Positions 26,178-35,319 of a stretch of DNA of 64,000 bases are shown piece by piece. A model generated the notes under the pieces. It worked only from the letters and a program-made list of their open reading frames with translations. It was not told the origin of the DNA and searched no databases. The DNA is taken from NCBI GenBank assembly GCA_002010065.2, contig MTMD02000005.1, positions 1 through 64,000 on the forward strand. Direction: 5' to 3'. This DNA comes from Candidatus Pyrohabitans jungbluthii (GTDB taxonomy: Archaea; Hydrothermarchaeota; Hydrothermarchaeia; Hydrothermarchaeales; BMS3B). Made by a program: the position numbers and the translations under genes. Numbering within the stretch: the stretch's first letter is position 1; every line of letters starts with the position of its first letter.

Positions 26178-27797
26178 TTAAAACTCCGGCATTGACGGCA
26201 TCTCTGATTTCTCACCTTCCTTCTCCTTCTCAAGCTTGCTTGCAGCGATTATGTCGTCTATTCGCAGTATCATCACCGCGACCTCGCTCGCTGATGAGAT
26301 CGCCTGCGTTTTGACGCACACCGGCGTTATAAGCCCTGCCTCGAAAGTGTCCTTGAGCTCGCCAGTGGTTACGTCGTAGCCGTAGTCAGGGCCCTTCTCG
26401 TGGGCTTTTCTCAGTTCTACCAGCACGTCGATGGGGTCAAGGCCGGCGTTCTCCGCCAGAGCGCGGGGTATTGCTTCAATGGCGTCCGCAAACGCTTCTA
26501 TTGCAAGCTGCTCGCGCCCGCCCACTGTAACAGCGTAATCCCTCAGCCTGAGTGCCACCTCCACCTCGGGTGCACCTGCTCCAGCTACAACTTTGCCTGC
26601 GCGTATCGCCGCGGCTACAACGCCTATCGCATCCTCAATGGCGCGCTCCGCCTCGTTCACGACGTGCTCAGTACCGCCTCGCACAAGTATTGTAACCGCC
26701 TTTGGATCCTTGCAGTCCCGCACGAATACCATCTCATCGTCGCCTATCTTAACTTCCTCTACCACACCTGCGTAGCCTAAATCAGCACTGCTCAAGTCCT
26801 CAAGGCTTGAGACTATCTTCGCTCCCGTGGCCTTAGCCAGCTTCTTCATATCGCTCTCCTTAACCCTGCGCACAGCAAAAATGCCCTCCTTGGCAAGGAA
26901 GTGCTGGGCTAGGTCGTCTATACCCTTCTGGCACAGCACAACATTAGCTCCGCTCGCTTTAATCTTCTCCACCATGCTGCGGAGCATGCGCTCCTCTTCG
27001 TCCATAAACGCCTGAAGCTGGTCGGGAGCGGTTATGTTGATTTTCGCATCCACCTCCGTCTTCTTAACTTCCAGCGCAGACTTTATCAGTGCAATCTTAG
27101 CCTCCTTCACCGAGCGGGGCATTCCAGCATGCACCTTCTCCTTGTCCAGAACAATGCCATTCACCAGCTGGGTATCCTCTATACCACCGCCCGCCTTCTT
27201 CTCTATCTTTATTAAATCCCTGTCAACTACGCTATCCTCGCGCACCTTCTGCACAGCTTCTACGACTATGCTTGCAAGGTGCTCCTTCGCCTTCTCTGCC
27301 CCCTTGCCAGTCATCGCCATTATAGCAACCTTCTTCAGCATTTCCGCGTCGTCGGGAGAAATCTCGTGTGCCATTTCATTGAGAATCTCCCTCGCCTTTT
27401 CAGCGGCCATGCGGTAACCCCTTGCAATAAGCGTCGCATGAACTTCCTGGTCAAGGAGCTCTTCTGCACGTTTTAGAAGTTCGCCCGCAAGCACCACCGC
27501 GGTGGTTGTGCCGTCGCCAACCTCGCTCTCCTGGGTTTTGGCGATCTCCACTATCATCTTGCCCACAGGGTGCTCTATGTCCATCTCTTTGAGTATCGTC
27601 ACGCCGTCGTTGGTTATTGTGACATCGCCTAGGCTATCGACGAGCATCTTGTCCATTCCTCTCGGCCCGAGGGTGGTTCTCAGTGTCTCAGCTATTATCC
27701 TCGCTACCATTATGTTTGTGCGCCTCGCTTCACTACCACGGGTACGCTGCGTACCCTCCTTGAGTATCAGTACAGGCTGCCCTCCCATTGTTGCCAT
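26178..27797 (-). CDS. ths: Thermosome subunit (group II chaperonin)
   Basis: [30 protein letters not shown]. Confidence 0.97.
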   Translation of the reverse strand: MATMGGQPVLILKEGTQRTRGSEARRTNIMVARIIAETLRTTLGPRGMDKMLVDSLGDVTITNDGVTILKEMDIEHPVGKMIVEIAKTQESEVGDGTTTAVVLAGELLKRAEELLDQEVHATLIARGYRMAAEKAREILNEMAHEISPDDAEMLKKVAIMAMTGKGAEKAKEHLASIVVEAVQKVREDSVVDRDLIKIEKKAGGGIEDTQLVNGIVLDKEKVHAGMPRSVKEAKIALIKSALEVKKTEVDAKINITAPDQLQAFMDEEERMLRSMVEKIKASGANVVLCQKGIDDLAQHFLAKEGIFAVRRVKESDMKKLAKATGAKIVSSLEDLSSADLGYAGVVEEVKIGDDEMVFVRDCKDPKAVTILVRGGTEHVVNEAERAIEDAIGVVAAAIRAGKVVAGAGAPEVEVALRLRDYAVTVGGREQLAIEAFADAIEAIPRALAENAGLDPIDVLVELRKAHEKGPDYGYDVTTGELKDTFEAGLITPVCVKTQAISSASEVAVMILRIDDIIAASKLEKEKEGEKSEMPSMPEF

Positions 27798-27896
27798 CAC
27801 ATCAAACACCTCCATCTCCATTATAATAAATAATGGTTAGAAAAATATTAACGGGGTGGTTTTTATTTTTTGCGCTCCCCTCGCAAGGTTATTCCT

Positions 27897-29093
27897 TCAA
27901 ACCTTTATTTTTTCATACTTTAGGAGGTAGGCGAGGATGAGCCCTATGATGAATGCCCATGCTAAGTTGCTCATAAGCGTAATACCCAGCATCACCAGGG
28001 GCACGTAGAACTCCCTCTTTCCTTTTAAGTCCTTTATCATCGTCATAAGCTCTGCGCCTGCGATGAAAAGGAGCACGCCTAAGATTGAGAAGGGCAGAAG
28101 CTTTATTATCTCTATTGAGCTTTCTCCGAAGAGTATAGCAACGCCAAGGAAGAAGCTTCCTATTATTATGTTGTTCCCCGCGGTGCGTGCCCCGAAGCGG
28201 TAGTGCGCGGCTAAGCCACCTGCGCCATGGCACATGGGCATGCCCTTTAACAGGAAGGAGCCGATGTTTGCTAACCCCTGACTTATGGAGAGAGCCCTGT
28301 AGGTTACTCTGTTTGCCCTACCGCCGAAGTAGCTCTTCGCCAGGTCGTGCTGGGCGATTACCGCATTGCCGAGGGTCATGGGAATCTGGGGGAGCACCAG
28401 AAGGAAGAAGGCGGTAACAAAATCGTCAACGCTCGGCATGCCCTCGAGAAAAATTGGCCTGGGGAGGTGCACGCCGAGAGCCACGTGGGGGGTTTCAAAG
28501 GCCAAGCCTACCAGGAAACCCCCAATCACTATTATAAGAGCAGCCGGCGCACGTCTGTTCTCAAGGAGGAGGTATGCCACCGCTAAGCTTGCCACCCCCA
28601 GCAGGAAGTAGACGCTTACATCGCCTATACCAAGCTCAGCTAGCTTAAACTGGTAGCTTGGAACAACCTCTGAGCTTGGGGGCGCCTTTATGAATTCCAG
28701 GCCACGGATAAGTAGCAGCGTGCCCACGCTGAGCTGCACCCCTCTGACGACGGTCTTGGGAACATACCGGCTGAGTTCTATTAAACCCGTGGCTCCGAGA
28801 AACAGCAAGATAGCACCCACGAGGAGGGCGGCGGCGTAGATTATGTTAGGAGTTATCATGGCATAGTTTGCTATTGCGTAGGCGCCGATAACCTTCATGG
28901 GCTGCACCGGCGTAGGCACGCGGTAGTAGGCTCCAGCGAGGATGTAAAAAAGCCCCACCATGAAGAACAGGCCTACAGCGCTCACGCCATTGAGAAGGAT
29001 CATTCCCAGGGCGAGAGGTAGAAGCGTGCCTAGGTCGCCAAGTGAACCTGCAGCTTCCATCCTGTCAAACCTGTAATGCTTGCCTATCTGCAT
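27897..29093 (-). CDS. MOT1-type molybdate/sulfate transporter
   Basis: GSLGDLGT, PVQPMK, MPMCHGAGGLAAHYRFGART. Confidence 0.88.
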   Translation of the reverse strand: MQIGKHYRFDRMEAAGSLGDLGTLLPLALGMILLNGVSAVGLFFMVGLFYILAGAYYRVPTPVQPMKVIGAYAIANYAMITPNIIYAAALLVGAILLFLGATGLIELSRYVPKTVVRGVQLSVGTLLLIRGLEFIKAPPSSEVVPSYQFKLAELGIGDVSVYFLLGVASLAVAYLLLENRRAPAALIIVIGGFLVGLAFETPHVALGVHLPRPIFLEGMPSVDDFVTAFFLLVLPQIPMTLGNAVIAQHDLAKSYFGGRANRVTYRALSISQGLANIGSFLLKGMPMCHGAGGLAAHYRFGARTAGNNIIIGSFFLGVAILFGESSIEIIKLLPFSILGVLLFIAGAELMTMIKDLKGKREFYVPLVMLGITLMSNLAWAFIIGLILAYLLKYEKIKV

Positions 29094-29207
29094 CTTAAGA
29101 ATAAAAAGTTATAACAATAAAAAATTAATTTATTATATTTAAAATCAATTATCCTTGATATTTCGATTATTTAAGTGCCCAGCGTTTCAAAATCTGCTCA
29201 GAGGTAT

Positions 29208-29534
29208 TTACAATTTGAGCTTTTTCAGGACATTCTCAATTTCCCCATATGTGGCGTCGCCCTGAATGGCAACCTCCCGCCCTACTATCAGTGCCGGAAG
29301 CTGCTCAACACCGAGCTTTTCAGCCCTGCGCAGGTTGCGAGGAAAGTGGTATACTATAAGTTTGTTGCCATGCAGGTCTTCGAAAACGCTCATGGTGTTT
29401 ACCCACTTTCGTCCAGTCTTTTCTTCCAGCGCCTGCATCAACGCCTTCTCAAACTCCTCACTCTCATTTGGAAATTCAACGCCACAGCAGCCATCTGGCA
29501 CAGGCAGGGATTTTCTGAGGAACTCTATTATCAT
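29208..29534 (-). CDS. Thioredoxin-fold protein with vicinal Cys (ArsD-like)
   Basis: DGCCG near the N-terminus, GVEQLPALIV. Confidence 0.55.
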   Translation of the reverse strand: MIIEFLRKSLPVPDGCCGVEFPNESEEFEKALMQALEEKTGRKWVNTMSVFEDLHGNKLIVYHFPRNLRRAEKLGVEQLPALIVGREVAIQGDATYGEIENVLKKLKL

Positions 29535-29541
29535 ATCTATC

Positions 29542-29979
29542 TCACTCCACTATGACTCTCCCACTTCTCAGAATGCTGACCCCTATTTTACCAACGATGC
29601 GATTTCCCTGAATCCTGCTTCCCGCGTGCCTGCGCAACATGCCTATAAGCGAGGTCTTGTTGTGCACCACCTTTATGCCATGGCGGTCTGCGATGCGGAG
29701 AATCTTCTCAGGCGCGGTGAAAAGCTCTTCGCCCTCCTCCAGGAGCACCCTCACCGGCGAGAGCCTTTCAAAGGCAATGATGGTGCGCCTCGCCTTCTCC
29801 ACATTCTCCCTGGCGCGCTTCTCGAGTATTGCCACGTTCTCCCGCGTTGTTCCCAGAAGCTCTGCAATCTCGCGCTGCTTGTAACCTTTAGCGCGCAGCT
29901 CCAGGATTTTAAGCTGCTTCTCCGTCAGGAAGCCGTTGTAGCGGGTCAAGCTACCACCTGCCGTTAAATCTGTGAGCAT
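29542..29979 (-). CDS. tfx: Tfx-family DNA-binding protein
   Basis: LTEKQ..LELRAKG..Q.EIA..LGTTRENV..LEKRARENVEKARRT. Confidence 0.9.
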   Translation of the reverse strand: MLTDLTAGGSLTRYNGFLTEKQLKILELRAKGYKQREIAELLGTTRENVAILEKRARENVEKARRTIIAFERLSPVRVLLEEGEELFTAPEKILRIADRHGIKVVHNKTSLIGMLRRHAGSRIQGNRIVGKIGVSILRSGRVIVE

Positions 29980-30225
29980 GTAAATAAATATTTCCGCTTA
30001 CATCTCCGGTGCAGCATCGCTCTCTGCCCATCTTTTTTTCTGAAAGAGTAAACAGATTATATTACGTCCAACCAAATATTTAAGTGGTGGAGGGTCAAGC
30101 TGATAGATAAAGTATATGGATTTATGAGTATACGTAAACATTTTTGCTTACAATTCCAAAATATTTGCACAACTTTTATATAATGGGTTATCTTTCTACG
30201 TTACAAAATTTTCAGGAGGTGTAGT

Positions 30226-31212
30226 ATGAAGTTGAAGCTGCTCGGAGTGTTTTTTGTGCTTTTTCTCCTCACGCTGAACCTTGGATGCACCGCCAAGGAG
30301 GAGGCCAAAGCGCCTTCGGAGGGTGCAGCGGCACAGGAGGCACAGGCGTCTAAGGAAATGCCTAAGCTGGTCCTCGCCACGACGACCAGCACCTACAACT
30401 CAGGCTTGCTCGAGGTGCTCAACACAGAGTTTCAGAAGAAGTACGGTGTACTTGTGGAGGTGCACGCCGTCGGCACGGGCGCAGCTATACGCATGGCGCG
30501 GGACGGTGAGGTCGACGTTGTGCTTGTGCACGCCCGCGGCAAGGAGGACAAGTTCCTTGAGGATGGCTACGGCATCAACCGGCGCAATGTGATGTACAAC
30601 GATTTTATCATTGTAGGACCCAAAAGCGACCCAGCTGGCATTCGCGGCATGAAGAGCGCAGCGGAGGCTTTCAAGAAGATAGCCAAAGCCCAGGCGAAGT
30701 TCGTCTCCCGCGGAGACAACTCGGGCACGCATGCAAAGGAGCAGACTATCTGGAAGCTCGCCGGCATTACCCCAAGCGGCGACTGGTACGAGCAGACCGG
30801 GCAGGGAATGGGCAAGACGCTAACTATAGCCAGTGAAAAGCAGGCTTACACCCTAACCGACAGGGGCACCTTCCTCGCCTACAAGGGCAAGCTCGATTTG
30901 GAAGTGCTCGTGGAGGGCCCAGTGAAGGGCGGCGATCCCACGCTTTCGAACCCCTACGCGGTTATCGCCGTGAATCCCAAAAAGTATCCTGACCGCAACT
31001 ACGAGCTGGCGATGCTGTACATAGGCTTCCTTACCTCACCAGAGGGGCAGAAGCTTATCGCTGAGTACAGGAAGAACGGAGAGCAGCTTTTCTATCCTGA
31101 CGCTCTCGTGGATAGGGAGAACTACAATCAGTACCTGCCCGTGACCATTCACGGGCTATACGACGAGCAGGGTGAGCCGTACACCGGCGTTACGCTACCA
31201 CCAAAGGGCTGA
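30226..31212 (+). CDS. tupA: Tungstate ABC transporter substrate-binding lipoprotein
   Basis: ATTTS signature, GTG.A, MYNDF, SRGDNSGTH, DRGT. Confidence 0.93.
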   Translation: MKLKLLGVFFVLFLLTLNLGCTAKEEAKAPSEGAAAQEAQASKEMPKLVLATTTSTYNSGLLEVLNTEFQKKYGVLVEVHAVGTGAAIRMARDGEVDVVLVHARGKEDKFLEDGYGINRRNVMYNDFIIVGPKSDPAGIRGMKSAAEAFKKIAKAQAKFVSRGDNSGTHAKEQTIWKLAGITPSGDWYEQTGQGMGKTLTIASEKQAYTLTDRGTFLAYKGKLDLEVLVEGPVKGGDPTLSNPYAVIAVNPKKYPDRNYELAMLYIGFLTSPEGQKLIAEYRKNGEQLFYPDALVDRENYNQYLPVTIHGLYDEQGEPYTGVTLPPKG

Positions 31213-31282
31213 GGCTTCTCAGCTCGCTTTCCTTTTTTCCATCAACGTTATTTTTATACTGGCTCACTGTGAGGGTGCTCTC

Positions 31283-32020
31283 ATGGAATACCTCGTAGAG
31301 GGGATTCTTCGTGCGGTAACGCTCATCCTCACCCTCGACCCCTACGTGATAAGCGTCGCCAAGGTTCAGATTATAGTCTCTACCAGCGCCGTTATACTAG
31401 CCTCTGCCACAGCAGTGCCAATTGCAGTGCTCTTCAGCTTCAGAAACTTCCCATTTAAGAACTTCCTTCTCACACTGATAAACACAGGCATGGGTTTGCC
31501 GCCGGTAGTAGTGGGCCTGGTGGTGTTTGTGTTCTTCATGCGCCGCGGTCCCCTCGGCTTTCTGGATTTGGTTTATACCAGGGAGATAATGGTCATTGCG
31601 CAGTACCTCCTCGCTTTTCCCATAATACTCGGCGTGAGTATTGCTGCTATCAACGCCGTACCTAAGAGCATACGTGAGACCGCCTATACCCTCGGGGCGC
31701 GGGATCGCGAAGTGGCACTGGTGGTGATTAAGGAAGCTGCCTTTGGAATAATCACAGGCATACTCGCGGGCGCTGGCAGAGTATTCGCCGAGGTGGGCGC
31801 TATTCTTACAGTTGGCGGAAACATCGCCTACGATATAGCCACGCCTGAGGGTATAATCCACGTCTCAAAGACGCGCACTCTCTCTACGGCTATCCCCCTT
31901 GAGACCAGCCAGGGAGATATAGCCGCTGCCATAGCGTTTGGGCTTATTCTTTTAACCATAACCTTCATCCTCAACCTTCTGGTGAGCTTCCTGCGCAGGA
32001 GGGCGAGTATTGAGGCGTAG
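31283..32020 (+). CDS. tupB: Tungstate ABC transporter permease
   Basis: MGLPPVVVGL, GPLG, EVGA..VGGNI, TRTL. Confidence 0.92.
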   Translation: MEYLVEGILRAVTLILTLDPYVISVAKVQIIVSTSAVILASATAVPIAVLFSFRNFPFKNFLLTLINTGMGLPPVVVGLVVFVFFMRRGPLGFLDLVYTREIMVIAQYLLAFPIILGVSIAAINAVPKSIRETAYTLGARDREVALVVIKEAAFGIITGILAGAGRVFAEVGAILTVGGNIAYDIATPEGIIHVSKTRTLSTAIPLETSQGDIAAAIAFGLILLTITFILNLLVSFLRRRASIEA

Positions 32021-33107
32021 CATTGTGCGCCTGGAAAACATAAGTAAGCACTTCTCTGGCAGAGAAGTGCTGAGCAGGATAAACCTTGAGATAAGGGAGG
32101 GGGAGCTTCTAACCCTACTCGGACCAAGCGGCGCAGGCAAGACGACACTCATGCGCATTATCAACCTCTTCACCAAGCCAAGCGAGGGGAAGCTCTACTT
32201 CCGCGACAGGGAGGTAACCCGCCTGAGTGGCGACGCCCTGCTTGAGGTAAGGCGCAGCATGGTGATGGTATTTCAGAAGCCGGTGATGTTCTCGGGCAGC
32301 GTGTTTGACAATGTCGCCTATGGGTTGAGAATAAGGGGCTATTCCAGGGCAGAGATTGAGCGCAGGGTTAAAGAGGCGCTTCGCCTTGTTGGTCTGGAAG
32401 GTTACGAGGAGCGCAACGCCCGTACATTGTCTGGGGGCGAAGCCCAGCGCGTAGCCTTTGCTCGTGCAGTTGTGATTCAACCTGAGCTTCTTTTGCTGGA
32501 CGAGCCCACCACCAGCTTGGACCCGATAAGCGAAGCCAGGGTGCACAGCATAATAAGGAAGATAAAGGAGCTTGGGATAAGTGTGGTGCTCACCACGCAC
32601 AAGCAGCATGAGGCTATCGCTTTGGGTGACCGTGTGGCGGTGCTCAAAGATGGCAAGCTCCAGCAGGTGGGCACCCCCCAAGAGGTTATATACACACCAA
32701 AAACACGCTTCGTCGCAGAATTTACGGGCATGGTGAACATCTACGATGGTGTTGTTGAGGAAGTGGGCAGCACCCACTGCACCGTCAGGGTGGGCGAGGT
32801 TGCTCTGATGATGCACGCCTTTGAGGCTTCTCGCGGGGAGCGCATCTGCATAGGCATACGCCCCGAGGAGGTTATGCTTCTTCGCACCGACGTGCCCCTG
32901 AACCCAAGACACAAAAACGTCCTTACCGGTGTGGTAAGCGAGATTTCACCTCAGGGCAGCGCCATGCTGAGACTGCGCATTGCCAGCGGAGGCTTTGAGG
33001 TGAGCGCCGACGTGCCCAGGCACGTGGCTGAGAAGATGAGCATCCGCAAGGGCGGCGAGGTGCTCTTCTCTCTTAAAACCTCCTGTTTGCGCAGGCTTGA
33101 GGAGTAG
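32010..33107 (+). CDS. tupC: Tungstate ABC transporter ATPase with TOBE domains
   Basis: GPSGAGKT, LSGGEAQR, LLLDEP. Confidence 0.9.
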   Translation: MRRSIVRLENISKHFSGREVLSRINLEIREGELLTLLGPSGAGKTTLMRIINLFTKPSEGKLYFRDREVTRLSGDALLEVRRSMVMVFQKPVMFSGSVFDNVAYGLRIRGYSRAEIERRVKEALRLVGLEGYEERNARTLSGGEAQRVAFARAVVIQPELLLLDEPTTSLDPISEARVHSIIRKIKELGISVVLTTHKQHEAIALGDRVAVLKDGKLQQVGTPQEVIYTPKTRFVAEFTGMVNIYDGVVEEVGSTHCTVRVGEVALMMHAFEASRGERICIGIRPEEVMLLRTDVPLNPRHKNVLTGVVSEISPQGSAMLRLRIASGGFEVSADVPRHVAEKMSIRKGGEVLFSLKTSCLRRLEE

Positions 33108-33168
33108 CTATATTAGTTTTAGGTCAGAATCAGTTAGCAGCATTGCTCCTCCTTCTAATGGAGTAAAA

Positions 33169-33254
33169 TGGTAATGGTTCACGGATATACGAAGCTCTGA
33201 GCGCAGCGAAGGGTTTTGGGTGAGCAATAGCCAACCGCATAGTTGCTGTTAGGT
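33169..33254 (-). repeat. attC-like site 2 with degenerate R' box
   Basis: Minus strand ACCTAAC (contains the stop codon)..TATGCG..CGTATA..ATTACCA; resembles site 1. Confidence 0.6.
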
Positions 33255-35147
33255 GACGTAATCATTATATATCTTATTTAATAATTCAGCCGTTTCTTTA
33301 TCTTCACAGATAATGTAAGTACCTTTTATTCCTCTTGTCAAAAATATCCTATATCTATTCTTTAAAAGAAACAGCGCTTTTTCTTTTGCTTCTTTGTTTC
33401 CATTTTTCGCCTGAGAGAATAAATCTTTTAAACTTGGCTTTCCAATATTATCTTCACAATTGTCTCCGACTTCCCATTTGTTGTTTCTAATAACATAATC
33501 TCTGCCCCAAATTATGCCAGCATAATCAGTTTCAAAGCCTTGGCATCCGTAAATCGAGGCACATTTGTCAAGTTTGTTGGATTCCCCTCGTACCCAAAAA
33601 GGAACATAGTCCCTTTTAGGATCCATCAACCAATAAATTTTTTTGTTAAAATTTTTATAGATGTTTAAACCGGAGTAAAGTGGGTATCCTATTCTTAAAT
33701 TTTTTATTGAAGAATGATTTTGAAAATCTCCTGGCGATTCTGTAAATGCTGCGATTAATGCAACTTTATTGTTTATTGCTTTGCTTTTCAGTGCATTATA
33801 CATTTCATCAAAATCTGTAAATACCCTAAAATCATAGTTTTTCTTCCATGGGTCCACTAAGTCTTTGTTAATATTCACGGGACCAGTGATTAATTTTTCT
33901 ACAAAAGCATGATAAGTCTCGCCGCCCTGAACCCTGTAAAATCCTTTCAGATACCTTTCTTTTACATACTTCCCTTGTTTTTGTGCTTCGTATTTAAAGT
34001 TTTCCGTAGTTCCTTCTTCTTCAGCATTAAGAATTTGTCCTTCATCGTAGAAAAAGACTGTAATTCTTCCTCTTTGAACAGCATAGGTAATGTTTCTTTT
34101 GGTCATTCTTTGTGCCTCGTCATAAATTACAAGATCAAAGCTTCCATTAAAATTTTGTTCTGCAACTCCTCTAAATCTAGCTCTGGGTCCTACTGAATAA
34201 AATTTAATTGGGTTTGATAAGCCTCTTTGTATAGAATCAAAAATCTCTCTTATAGAGTTTATCAATCTATTATTGCGATAAGCTAAAATTGTTTGATATT
34301 TTAAAGAAAGAGCGGAAAGCATAAGATGAATAGCAACTAAAGTTTTCCCGGAACCTGGAGCTCCTTGTACCAAATAAATAATATCTTTTTTACCATTTCT
34401 TAAGTCTGCAATTATCTCTTCTATGAGCTTTAATTGTTCCTCCGATAATCCCCATCCATTTTGTGCTAAAGTTTCATAGCTTCTTTGTTTTATTTCCTCA
34501 AAGTGGTTTTTTATTGAATCAAAAAGTTGTTTGTTCTGAATATAAGTGCCATTTAAAAATTTTTCAATTGTCTTATTATCCAGTGATGTTTTTAAACAAC
34601 CTATTATAAATCGTTGGAATTGAACAGTATCATTTTTAAAGAAAACATTACCATTAAAGTTGATATTAATATTGTTTTTATCAGCATTGTAAAATAATAC
34701 ACATCCTGAAAAGTTAAAATTTTTAGATTCTGAATGAGAAAATCTCAATTTACCTATGTAATTTTCCAACTGATATTCAGGATGACTTGAAATTCCTATA
34801 TTACTCCGAACCAAAAAGTCTGTTACCTTATTAGCAAATGTCCATCCTTTCAACTCCGCAACAATAACCGCGGGATTACCATTACTATTAGCACCAAATA
34901 TCAATAAATCAATACGTTCATTACTAAAAGGCAAACGATATTCAAAGGTTACATCAAAATCAAGTAAGTTTTGATTGTTAAACACTTGTTTGAGGTATGC
35001 AATTGAAGATTTCCAAGCATTAATTTGTTGTATATCGGCATCCTCTCCATAAACATTCCAAAATCCATTTTTAAATGTACTCAACAAGTCATCATCATTT
35101 TTTTGTATAAAATCTCTTATTTTACCAACATATATTTGATTTTTCAT
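33249..35147 (-). CDS. DUF2075 / Schlafen group 3-like helicase with N-terminal PD-(D/E)XK-like domain
   Basis: FEY..RIDLL..ELKGW; GAPGSGKT; DEAQR; SIY.CQGFE.DY.G; NRYRIFLTRG. Confidence 0.88.
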   Translation of the reverse strand: MKNQIYVGKIRDFIQKNDDDLLSTFKNGFWNVYGEDADIQQINAWKSSIAYLKQVFNNQNLLDFDVTFEYRLPFSNERIDLLIFGANSNGNPAVIVAELKGWTFANKVTDFLVRSNIGISSHPEYQLENYIGKLRFSHSESKNFNFSGCVLFYNADKNNININFNGNVFFKNDTVQFQRFIIGCLKTSLDNKTIEKFLNGTYIQNKQLFDSIKNHFEEIKQRSYETLAQNGWGLSEEQLKLIEEIIADLRNGKKDIIYLVQGAPGSGKTLVAIHLMLSALSLKYQTILAYRNNRLINSIREIFDSIQRGLSNPIKFYSVGPRARFRGVAEQNFNGSFDLVIYDEAQRMTKRNITYAVQRGRITVFFYDEGQILNAEEEGTTENFKYEAQKQGKYVKERYLKGFYRVQGGETYHAFVEKLITGPVNINKDLVDPWKKNYDFRVFTDFDEMYNALKSKAINNKVALIAAFTESPGDFQNHSSIKNLRIGYPLYSGLNIYKNFNKKIYWLMDPKRDYVPFWVRGESNKLDKCASIYGCQGFETDYAGIIWGRDYVIRNNKWEVGDNCEDNIGKPSLKDLFSQAKNGNKEAKEKALFLLKNRYRIFLTRGIKGTYIICEDKETAELLNKIYNDYVT

Positions 35148-35170
35148 TTCCTATTCCCCCAGATTATGTT

Positions 35171-35254
35171 GCCTAACATTCCGGGGATATGTGAAGTTCG
35201 CCCGATAGGGCAAATTTTGGTGAGTGATAGCGAACCACATACTCACTGTTGTCC
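35171..35254 (-). repeat. attC-like site 1
   Basis: Minus strand GGACAAC..TATGTG..CACATA..GTTAGGC, then RBS and ATG of the next gene; 84 bp. Confidence 0.7.
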
Positions 35255-35319
35255 GAGTGCGTTGACACCGAAGCGAAGCGGAGAGTTCGGCTCGATGGTG
35301 ATATGTCTATCAATCTACA

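Noticed and set aside
32115-32912. 265-aa antisense ORF and similar long shadow ORFs (11343-12011, 29266-29967, 47753-48475)
   Set aside because: They lie opposite well-supported genes and have no motifs.
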